Origin: Octopus bimaculoides
Taxonomy: Eukaryota
NCBI RefSeq assembly: GCF_001194135.2
Contig: NC_068985.1
Coordinates: 68,036,039-68,069,054 of the forward strand
Length of the DNA stretch: 33,016 nt
Reading direction: 5' to 3'
The translations under genes and the position numbers were made by a program. The notes beneath the pieces are model-generated. The model was not told the DNA's origin, did no database searches, and was given only the letters and a program-made list of their open reading frames with translations. Each line of letters begins with the position of its first letter. The stretch's first letter is position 1. Of this stretch, positions 23,263 to 33,016 are shown piece after piece.

Positions 23263-24711
23263 CGTACATAAACATAGACACATATATATATCCGTGTGTG
23301 TATGTATGTGTGTGTGTGTGTGTATGATCACAAATTATTACAACGATGTCTTGACATATGATATGTGTGTGATAACAAAGGACTTGAATCTATCGTATCA
23401 TATTTAATAAATAATATCATATTGACATTATCAGAAATATCTTATACCTCTGTATAAAACCATATCGAGGAATGTGTTTGTATTTATAAAGGAATATATG
23501 TGAAACATCAGGTTTCCAGAGATTTTGTGCTGTATACTATTTAAAGCCACAAATTTTCGCATGTTTGTATATATGAAAATTATATTTTGAAAAGTATATG
23601 TCAAACCTCTACATCATTTGTTAAGGCGGAAATCTTCCTAGTAGTATGAGAGGGTTATCCCTCCTTGACTGTCTCGTGTTAAAATTTGATATGTTCCAGA
23701 AACAGATTCATGAAGAAAGCATATTATGTTGAATTAAAGCTGATTAATACATCAACAACATAGGAAAGAGGAGCAGCAGAGGGGTGACGAGTGTCGGATG
23801 AGTGATGGAAGAAAAAATGCAGAAAATAAGAAAGAAATTAAAAAAATTTAATGAAACAATTTCTTGGGTAAGTACATTTGTAGTATTTACTAGTTTACAC
23901 AGAGGACACCCTCACTATAAAAATATTATTAATGGTCACGATTTAGGGAAATTAACGAATAATATCATCGACCCTTATTGTACATTCGACCTTAAAATAA
24001 AGCTAATATGTTCACCTCATTTCTTTGATGCCACACCCGATTTGACAAATTATATTTCTGTCGGAAAATATATTGACATTCGCTAATATATATGTGTGCA
24101 TCGATATTTTTTACGAATGTCATAAAAACACTTTTAGAAATGGATTCTGTTCCACAATAGCGAAATATTTGAGAAGGCAAATCTTTACAAAATTAACTTT
24201 TTTCCCGCATCCATAAACGAAAATGAAAAACTTAGTCATTCCATCGGATTCAAGATGTATTATAGTGTAAGAAACAAGCATTAATTGAATTGCATTGCCC
24301 AACCAGCATCGGATAATAAGAACATTTAAACTCATAATTTCTCACAATATACCACATATGTGTAAGTTCATATGTTTTTATGCTTGTGTGTGTGAGTGTC
24401 TGTGGTTATACGTGTGTATGTGTATATGCAACTTCATAACTTACCATGTGTACAGAAGGAGAGACAGAGAGAGGAAAAGAAAAGGTGTAGGTTTAATTCC
24501 CTTCTTGAGATTTATATCTTCATACATGCTGCAGATTCCAATAAAAAGTAAATACATTTACTGAGAATAAATCGTATTTCTCTTACACAATCACTATGGA
24601 CGGTGTGAAACAAAAACAAAAAAAGATTTGTTTCCAAAATGGATTAAAGAATTACAATGTCATTTACAACTTAAGTTGATCTTCGAAAAACGCAGACAAA
24701 CAACACTATAA

Positions 24712-24713
<2 letters not shown>

Positions 24714-24763
<50 letters not shown>

Positions 24764-24862
24764 GTGTGTGAGCGTGTGAGTGTTTGAGAGTGTTTGCACG
24801 CGTGAGGTTGTGCATGTGTGTGTGCGTGCCTGCGTACACATGTATATATATTCATGTATGCA

Positions 24863-24923
<61 letters not shown>

Positions 24924-24952
24924 ACGCACACACACGCACACACACACATATA
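24714..24952. repeat. Compound (TG)n/(TA)n/(CA)n microsatellite
   Basis: Direct reading; it explains six overlapping low-complexity ORFs. Confidence 0.95.
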
Positions 24953-24990
24953 TGCTTGTGTGGTAGTATGTGTGCACGTGTGAGTTTATC

Positions 24991-25170
24991 TTTTTACTTG
25001 CCTCAGTCATAATTCTGTGGGCCATGCTGGGGTGTCGCCTTATACGTTTTTAGTCGAAGAAATCGATCTCAGAGCTTATTCTTTGTAATTCAGTTATTCT
25101 ATCAGCCTCTTTTGCTGAAGTGCTACATTACGGGGACAAAAACACATCAGTGTTGGTTGTCAAGCGATGG
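24991..25170 (-). mobile_element. SINE family B, partial
   Basis: TTTTTACTTG..CAGTCAT...GGCCATGCTGGGG...CGCCTT...TTTAGTCGAAGAAATCGAT...TTATTCTATC..CCTCTTTTGC...TTACGGGGAC. The same module occurs at 5232-5370, 6124-6435 and 32150-32208. Confidence 0.75.
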
Positions 25171-25436
25171 CTAGAACATAAATATCAGAATATTGATAGT
25201 TTATAACAGTTTTAAACATTTTATTTCTCATGGTCTTAAATTGTTGACCTGGCAAAATGATATTCGTTTTCATACAGTGCATATTTTGTGCATTAGATGT
25301 TAAACACTTCTTTAGGTTTTTGTATATACTTTTCTATATACCAATTATGAATCTATAATGAAAAATAGTCGAATATATTGGTCTGCACGGAGCTGATTTC
25401 AGCAACTTTTCACAGGTTATAAGATTTTACCGAGTA

Positions 25437-26280
25437 GACACCCCGGTCTCACGCCATTTCCACTCTACCAGTCATTCAGTACAACACCACTTTGTGTTCA
25501 GACTGCTTTCCACAGGGGCCATCCGGACTCCTGCCTTCACCATGAACAGAAATTAATCTTCTCTCTTCGCTCCTTTACAACACATGGGTCAAACTCCACC
25601 CTCTCTTCATCTGACTCCCCATCTTTCCTCCCTTCGCCTGACACCTACTTTCTCTCTTCACTCCTATCCACCTCCTATCTTCAGTAATACCACTCGCATC
25701 TCACCCCCACACACCGCACGCCTATCTACTTCAACCCCTACCGCCACACTCCCAACCCACACCCACACCTCCACCGCACCACTATCACACCGCACCACTC
25801 CACACCACACACACCAACACTGACCAATTCCCACACCACACCACACAACATCATCTACACACCTACACACAATCTTCAATAGTGTCACCACACACCACAA
25901 TATGAGCAACTACACGTTGCAGACGCAAACACGCACACGCGCACGTACATGCTCACGTCAAAATCACTAGCCCCTATCGACACACACACACTTACACTTT
26001 CTCACATACATACGCATGCGCACCTTCGTTTTAGGATCACCAATACTTTATTATCTCGCCTTTTTTCAAACTTTTTTTTAATGAATCATCATGCTTGGCC
26101 GCTAAATCCCCAAGTTTTTTCATATTTTTCTATTCTCTCTCTGTTTTCTTTTATTTTTTTCTCTTGAAGAGCGTAGGCTCGAAACGTAAAACATTTTTTC
26201 ACTTTCCCGAGCGTCAAACTAATACACCTACTTGTTGTTCATACACCTGTCTTCGTCTTTTGTTAATCTTTAAATTTCGA
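25437..26280 (+). mobile_element. Penelope-like retroelement remnant #4: GIY-YIG C-terminus and 3' (pLTR-like) region, 5'-truncated
   Basis: DTPVSRHFHSTSHSVQH (25437-25487) and HEQKLIFSLRSFTTHGSN (25541-25594) match the PLE endonuclease tail PVxxHF...H...EQxLIFxLxTLxPxGxN. These are followed by a CAC-rich tract, a T-rich tract and a hammerhead-like motif. Confidence 0.7.
26161..26190 (+). ncRNA. Minimal hammerhead-like motif in the 3' region of PLE remnant #4 (core-mutated)
   Basis: TTGAAGA (C3 to U)-G-CGTAGGCT-C-GAAA-C-GTA: single-pair stem II, zero-loop palindromic ACGT stem III, GUA triplet. Confidence 0.5.
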
Positions 26281-26306
26281 CTATGTGTGTGTGTATGTAT
26301 ACACAC

Positions 26307-26470
26307 TACGGGTTTCCTTCAGTTTCTGTCTACGAAATCAACTGACAAATCTCTGTTTGGCCGAGACGATACTAAAAAGACTCCTGCAGAAGATGCCACG
26401 CAGTGGGACTGAAACCGGAACAATGTTGTTCGGAAGCAAACTTCTTACCACACAGCCCACGCCTACGCCT
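26307..26470 (-). mobile_element. SINE family C (tRNA-derived head)
   Basis: Reverse complement reads AGGCGTAGGCGTGGGCTGTGTGGTAAG (A-box-like)...CCGGTTTCAGTCCCACTGCG (B-box-like)...GTAGACAGAAACTGAAGGAAACCCG, with a (GT/AT)n tail. Family assignment is by recall; there is only one copy in the window. Confidence 0.7.
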
Positions 26471-27429
26471 ATCTGTAAAGAATGCACATGAACTAATGTA
26501 GTGAATATTTTAGAAATATTGAAGATCCTAGAGAATGTTGGTCATACAGAGAGTGAAATCAATTGATATTGAAATATATATTACTTACCGATGCATTTAA
26601 TGCAAAGATAATCATATTTCTCATATATTCATTGGATTGCTCGTGTCTATCTTTATAATAAATTTCCGGAGATTTTGGAACGTTGGATCTGATTTGAGCC
26701 AGTGGTATTGAATTCCCTATTGAATCTATATTTAGCTTATATTGTGTCTATAAAGGTGTGAACTTGCTAGCCACCTTATTATTACCTTATTGATATAATT
26801 AATAACGGTAATAAAACATCTTTATATGTATATATAAGTACACACACGCACATACGAACGATTACTCGCACATTGATTTTTAACATGTCTAGGCAGGTTC
26901 AGACGTAAAATGTGTTGAGCACGGAAGTGCATGTGATAGGAGATTAACTTCTCCCTTTTATGACGACATCGTGTTCAACGACACATTCGGCTCATTGGCG
27001 CACGGTATTCTTTGACACCGGCGTTTTGACATGTATCTTGTCAGCTTCAAGCAGCTAGAACACTTCTGAACAACGCCGCTGGCTTTGTTTATATATTTTA
27101 GCGAGCAAATTGTTTCTGATCGGTGCTTATATCTACCAATTGAAAAAAAAAAAAAAAAATTATTGGCGCTTGTACAACGAGAGATGGAACAATATTTGTT
27201 TAATTATTCTTAATAAGTCTAGGCATACGTTTTCTTTAGGTTATAACTTTCCATAGCCATCAACATAGACTTTCTGATTCATAACTTTCCAAAGTATTCA
27301 AGGCTCTGCTAAAACTATGTTCTCCACTCACCTAAGACTCCCGCACATCTTATGGCAGAAGCAAGTGTAAGCTAATGAAGTTCATTACATAACATTTGCT
27401 TCTTCCTGTGTCTTCTCTTTGTTTTCTAT

Positions 27430-28080
27430 NNNNNNNNNNNNNNNNNNNNNNNNNNNNNNNNNNNNNNNNNNNNNNNNNNNNNNNNNNNNNNNNNNNNNNN
27501 NNNNNNNNNNNNNNNNNNNNNNNNNNNNNNNNNNNNNNNNNNNNNNNNNNNNNNNNNNNNNNNNNNNNNNNNNNNNNNNNNNNNNNNNNNNNNNNNNNNN
27601 NNNNNNNNNNNNNNNNNNNNNNNNNNNNNNNNNNNNNNNNNNNNNNNNNNNNNNNNNNNNNNNNNNNNNNNNNNNNNNNNNNNNNNNNNNNNNNNNNNNN
27701 NNNNNNNNNNNNNNNNNNNNNNNNNNNNNNNNNNNNNNNNNNNNNNNNNNNNNNNNNNNNNNNNNNNNNNNNNNNNNNNNNNNNNNNNNNNNNNNNNNNN
27801 NNNNNNNNNNNNNNNNNNNNNNNNNNNNNNNNNNNNNNNNNNNNNNNNNNNNNNNNNNNNNNNNNNNNNNNNNNNNNNNNNNNNNNNNNNNNNNNNNNNN
27901 NNNNNNNNNNNNNNNNNNNNNNNNNNNNNNNNNNNNNNNNNNNNNNNNNNNNNNNNNNNNNNNNNNNNNNNNNNNNNNNNNNNNNNNNNNNNNNNNNNNN
28001 NNNNNNNNNNNNNNNNNNNNNNNNNNNNNNNNNNNNNNNNNNNNNNNNNNNNNNNNNNNNNNNNNNNNNNNNNNNNNNNN
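27430..28080. other. Assembly gap (N run)
   Basis: N characters in the sequence. Confidence 1.
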
Positions 28081-28439
28081 GTGCTTTATTTTAAAAAACA
28101 CGAGCTTTGCTAAAAATTAGGAGTCAAAAACACTCCGATGCTACAAAGAATAACAATGTATTTTCAAAGGCATATTTGGAAAAAGAAAAACTAAGTGAAA
28201 TAAGTATTGCGTCTTACTTCTGCAAAATTGCATGAAGGGATGTCAGTTAACTTGATATCATAATTTTGAATTTAGCACCAAAACACGCTTGCTTCTCCTC
28301 TGCCAGGTCTACTAGTAACAAACACTTATATATCACTTCATCCAATGCTTGCATTCGTTTCATTCCCGAGTCACACTGAGAAAAACCAAATAAGTGAATA
28401 CATATGATTTTTCAAAATATATAAAGAACATTAATAATA

Positions 28440-28441
28440 TA

Positions 28442-28472
<31 letters not shown>

Positions 28473-28612
28473 TTCGTATGTATATGCAATATATGTATGT
28501 ATATATGCATGTATGTATGGGATGGGGTGTATGTATATATATATATACATGAATGTATGGGATGGGGTGTGTGTGTATATATATATATATATGTATGTAT
28601 ACATATACACAC
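28440..28612. repeat. (TC)/(TA)/(TATG) microsatellite with a duplicated TGTATGGGATGGGGTGT unit
   Basis: Direct reading; GGGATGGGGTG at ~28519 and ~28559. Confidence 0.9.
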
Positions 28613-30994
28613 AACACGTATCTATAGTGATACTGTAGATGCTTCTGTGTGTGGGGGGGGGCAATATTTCAGTATATGTATGTTGTTACTGTTGTACTTT
28701 CCAGCTTTCTGTGGCAACAAATATATGAATCCCTTATTTTAGCATTAAAAAATTAAGTGACGTCCATAACTATAGCACATATAATTCCGGTCACTGGAAA
28801 ATATATCTATGAAATTCTCAAGCACGGGATAATGCTTTGTAAATATGTCTGTTCATGTGACTTCTTCAACTTATCAGCTGGAAATCGCGCTATCATCAAA
28901 GCGACAGAAGTGAAATAATTTAACAGGTGTAGATGTAATCTTCATATGCTGAACTCAACACAGTACAATCTTAGTTTTATTATGAGCTGAAAATTATAGC
29001 TGCCTGAAACGTTCTCATTTTTTCTAAATTAGTAACGAAAGCAAAATTGTTATCTGGGCAGAAGAATTTGCTTTTTACATAAAGGAATATTACCTTACCG
29101 CCTGGTTTTATGTGGTGGTTATATCTGTAGTAATATAGTACCAATTTGGACCACACAAATTGAAGTTGATACGAAAAGGAAGATGGTAATGCTTTACACT
29201 ACATCAATTTCAATTAATATCAAAGAGCAGAAGACATTCATGTGGTATGGTTGAAATACGATTCTGACTAGGTGAGCGGAAGGCTAACATTCACGTAGTT
29301 AAGAGTATAAAATAAATATGAAGTTAAGACTAATAACAGAAAAAATTACAAAAGATTTGTCTTGGAAATTATTTTTGCTGAAATAAGATGAAGTGGATGT
29401 AGTGAAGAAGAAAACAGAAGGGGTTTTGTTACTGGTTCCAACTTATCTATGTTATATCGCTATCTAAGTATGCAGATAAAAGAACAGGCATATAAACTTG
29501 TATATATGGATGTGATGGTGTGTGTCCGTGAGTGTGCCTCTGTGTGTATGCGTGCGCGCGCGTGTCCTCACTATGCATACACACACACACACACACACAC
29601 ACATATATGTATGTATTGTATGTGAGTATATGCGCCCGTGGAAGCATGTGCATAATGTGTTAGTATGTGCATACGCGCGCGTGTGTGTTTGCTTCTCTCC
29701 GTGAAGAGCAGTGCGCTAACGTTATTTACATATAGTTAAATATACAGAAACGTACACACTCACACTCACATGTATATATGAATAACGGAATGTGTGTGTG
29801 TGTGTGTGTGTGTGCGCGCACGCGCACGCGCGCGCGTGTGTTCGGAAGTAAGTATTTATTATACTAATCGAACGGACATTTTGCTGCTGTTAATAATTTG
29901 TCGGTTAGAGTGTAGCCACTTCTACTTCGGCCTGAGTAAATAGACCGAACATCTGACAACTTTATCTCTCAAGCCCAGTTGGTCCGCAGCTTTAGTGACT
30001 ATGACTGATGTTTTGTCCAGTAACATGAGATATTGCTGAGTTTTTTCAGTAGTCATATATTGCATTATTCCTGCATCGTATGTACCATTTCTTATTGCCG
30101 CATATTATTAGTAGGCAACCAATAACGCTGTGACAAATATATTTTATTGACTTTTGCGAATATGATGTTTGCCTTTTTGGATTTCTAGCAAATTTCCTGA
30201 CCAGGTTAGGCAGATAAGGATTCCAGGGGCTCTAGTAATTAATTTCCACTTACGAGACATGGGACGAAAATATGCCATGAAATTATATGTATATACTGAA
30301 TTTTAAAAGCAGTAAATTAACGTTTCTATCAAGACATAGATTATAGATTTAAAGCTTTCGACATCTTCGGGTTTCTTCAGTTGTTGCATGAAATCACGCT
30401 GTTTTGAGTCGGATCTTAGAATCTGATGAAACATGTCTGTCACGTTCAGTGAATGTTCCTTTGTTGTTCTTGAAATCATAGCCTTCTTTTGGCCTATAAT
30501 CTCTCTCTCTCTCTCTCTCTTTCACACGCACACATTATTAGATCACTACCCTACCGCATTTTTGAACATTTACAAAAGTAAGAATATCACACCTGATCGC
30601 TTAGATAGTTGGCTCTAAGAAACAGCGTGTTCGCAGTAAGGCTTATTTATGTTATGTGGTGAATTCGGTAGTTTCCGACGTGCGTTGGCTGCTAAATGAT
30701 GATAGCTTCTACGGAGGGCTATTTCTCAAAACTTCTGCTTGTGATTATTGTTAACAACTAATACACTGTTTACATGATTTGATTATATATCCATGATTTT
30801 GTTTCAAATGAATTGAGGAATATACAAGTTTAGAGAGGTTTCTATGAAATAGACAAAATAGATTATATGGAATATCAGCAGCAAAAGGGTTGAAGCTATT
30901 TGACTTGGTGGTAGGTAAATATAAAGATTAATGAATGCGTTGAGTACTTTTATTCTCACGTAGCATTCGAGTGAAGCTGCGCGCGCGTGTGTGA

Positions 30995-31032
<38 letters not shown>

Positions 31033-31853
31033 GCATATGTATATATACATATATATAAAGAGTGACAGATAGACAGATACCGAGGCACAACAGAGACCAA
31101 TAATTACACTTAGAGGAACCATTAAAAAATGTTTACCCAAATTGTGACAAAACAAACTTCAGAGATATATTATTCAAATTGATAATATAGAAGCCGTTTG
31201 TTAAATGCAAGTAGTTGCATAGCATGAAAATACGTTTATGCTTAACATTTGTGATATGTAAATGCGATATATATTATATATGGTTTAGGTCAGATGTCTG
31301 GAAATTACAGTTTTGCAAAACGCCATTGCATCTTTTGTTGTCCAGATATATCTGCAGACATTTCGTTATAAATGAATAGATATATTTATGAAGAATATGA
31401 GTATAAAAGCCAAAACAATAGAGACAGAGCAGCAGTCAGGAACTAGAGAGGCAGGGAAATAATAAAGAAAAAGGAAAAAAAGAATTAAAACAAAGCTTTC
31501 GATATCTAGTAATGGCACCGACGAAATTGACTGATATACATGGAAAACAATTTGTTGCGTAGCTAAAGGAAAAGATTGATATTTAAATAAATGCAATTTC
31601 AAATATAAATATTATATTATATTGTTGTTGATATTTGTCTCAAGTCAATTTTTATTGCGCTGTTCACTTATGATAAACGCACTCAGCCATGACAGTTTCA
31701 TAATTTTTGTATCTTTTATTTCATACGCACTTAGTTACACACATAAGAATACATATAATTTTATATACCCAGGTATATGTTTATTGTGTGTATATAGATA
31801 GGAAAACAGTTATTTTTATATCTCTCAGCAAGAAGTAAGCGATTACAGTACTA

Positions 31854-32139
31854 CAGAGTAAAATCTATTTGCCAACGTAAAGTGGCAGTCCTGATTAGGA
31901 CGATGTTACTACCTATCTTTAGCTCCATGAAAACATCTTTTTCAGCTGGCTACCGACGCGCAACTGCGTCCGTATGCCGTGAACAAGGAAGCTAATGTCC
32001 CCACTCAGCCTTAAAGGTATAAACACGTACTTGTACGTCGGGAGCCTACGGGAAAAGATGTTTTCCTGTGGCTAAAAAAGGTAGTAACATCGTGCAAATC
32101 AGGACTGCCACTTTATATTGGCAATTAGATTTTACTCTA
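31854..32139. mobile_element. MITE (Tc1/mariner-type, TA target) with ~90-bp TIRs
   Basis: Left arm CAGAGTAAAATCTATTTGCCAACGTAAAGTGGCAGTCCTGATTAGGACGATGTTACTACC...GAAAACATCTTTTTC (31854-31943) is the near-exact reverse complement of 32050-32139. TA at 31852-53 and 32140-41. Confidence 0.85.
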
Positions 32140-32149
32140 TATGTATATT

Positions 32150-32208
32150 CTTTTATTCTTTTACTTGTTTCAGTCATTTGATTGCGGCCATGCTGGAGCA
32201 CCGCCTTG
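32150..32208 (-). mobile_element. SINE family B tail fragment
   Basis: CTTTTATTCTTTTACTTGTTTCAGTCATTTGATTGCGGCCATGCTGGAGCACCGCCTTGA. Confidence 0.8.
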
Positions 32209-32209
32209 A

Positions 32210-32246
<37 letters not shown>

Positions 32247-32402
32247 ATACATATATGACATATACACACATACATTCATAACCACAAAATCATATCTGTA
32301 TATATGAATATGCTTCACTAACCCTTGAGGTCTTGCTCTGAAAATATTCCACGGCCATCACATATATATTGTGTATTGGCGTGTGCATACATATTTAAGT
32401 GC

Positions 32403-32612
32403 GGTTTCAAATTTTGGCTCAAGGCCAGATATTTCGAGGAGGAGGGTAACTTGATTACATCGGCACCAGTCAACTTGTACTCATTTTATCATCGATCCTA
32501 AAAGGAAGAAAGACAAAGCCGACCTCCGTGGAATTTAAACTCAGAACGTAAAAACAGACAAATTGCTGCTAAGCATGTTATCCGGTGTGTTAACGATTGC
32601 CAGCTCATCACT
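32403..32612 (-). mobile_element. SINE family A, near full-length
   Basis: Reverse complement aligns with 4827-5033; B-box-like GAGTTTAAATTCC. Confidence 0.8.
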
Positions 32613-32631
32613 TTGCATATTTCAATAATCT

Positions 32632-32835
32632 TTTTTACTCTAGGCACAAGGCCCGAAGTTTTTGGGTCCAGGGTCAGTCGATTAGATATACCCCAGTACG
32701 CAACTGATGTTTAATTTATCGACCCCGAAAAGATGAAAGGCAAAGTCGACCTCGGCGGAATTATAACTCAGAAAGTAAAGACAGACGAATACCACTAAGC
32801 ATTTCGCCCGGCGAGCTAACGTTTCTGCCACCTCA
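32632..32835 (-). mobile_element. SINE family A, near full-length, different 3' tail
   Basis: TTTATCGACCCCGAAAAGATGAAAGGCAAAGTCGACCTCGGCGGAATT...CTAAGCATTTCGCCCGGCG..CTAACG.TTCTGCCA; tandem with the previous copy. Confidence 0.8.
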
Positions 32836-33016
32836 CTTATTCCAATGTTACAGAAACAGACACCTCATGACGGGATATAAAGCATAGCGTTTATTTTAAT
32901 TTAATTGGCTTTAATCTATACTAAAAATTCACAAAAGTATTTATGTATTTCAAGTTGTTTTGTTACTGTGTGTGGATATCGCTTTCCTCTTACCAATTTG
33001 TAAATATCTAATTGTT

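Noticed and set aside
1052-28120. Long ORFs full of X (5263-6231, 17622-18650, 22220-23327, 27385-28120, etc.)
   Set aside because: They merely span N-gaps.
29701-29724. GTGAAGAGCAGTGCGCTAACGTTA, resembling the 26161 minimal hammerhead
   Set aside because: It lacks the CUGA and GAAA cores, and there is no adjacent PLE sequence.
30350-30381. Minus-strand CTGAAGA...GTCGAAAGCTT hammerhead-like spacing
   Set aside because: The stem II closing pair is A-C and no stem I can be formed.
30300-30497. Minus-strand open frames (…MFHQILRSDSKQRDFMQQLKKPEDVESFKSIIYVLIE… and RPKEGYDFKNNKGTFTERDRH…)
   Set aside because: The acceptor is preceded by a purine-rich (GA)n tract, there is no clear donor, and no recognisable homology.
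2475-31155. Cys/Val-, His/Thr-, Tyr/Ile- and Leu/Ser-rich ORFs
   Set aside because: They are translations of (TG)n, (CA)n, (TA)n and (TC)n microsatellites.

Overview
AT-rich animal genomic DNA with six N-gaps, most consistent with a cephalopod (Octopus-like) draft assembly; this is an inference from the recalled SINE families and the microsatellite load. No intact protein-coding gene is identifiable. Most long ORFs in the track are artefacts of N-gaps or dinucleotide repeats. The window is a mobile-element graveyard: (i) four decayed Penelope-like element (PLE) fragments, all on the + strand (1-768 with a Neptune-type Cys knuckle and GIY-YIG endonuclease; ~1880-2240 RT/thumb; ~8050-9490 RT; ~25437-26280 endonuclease tail and 3' region); (ii) hammerhead ribozyme motifs, one well formed (12191-12254) and two degenerate or minimal (2446-2474, 26161-26190); (iii) a near full-length dead mariner (10192-11320, - strand); (iv) a Foldback/Mutator-like element with a perfect 9-bp target-site duplication (5092-6479) whose inner arms are built of SINE-tail modules; (v) a 286-bp TA-flanked MITE with ~90-bp arms; (vi) several copies of three SINE families. 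A few splice-signal-bounded open segments may be exons of an unidentified host gene, but they cannot be joined into a convincing model.
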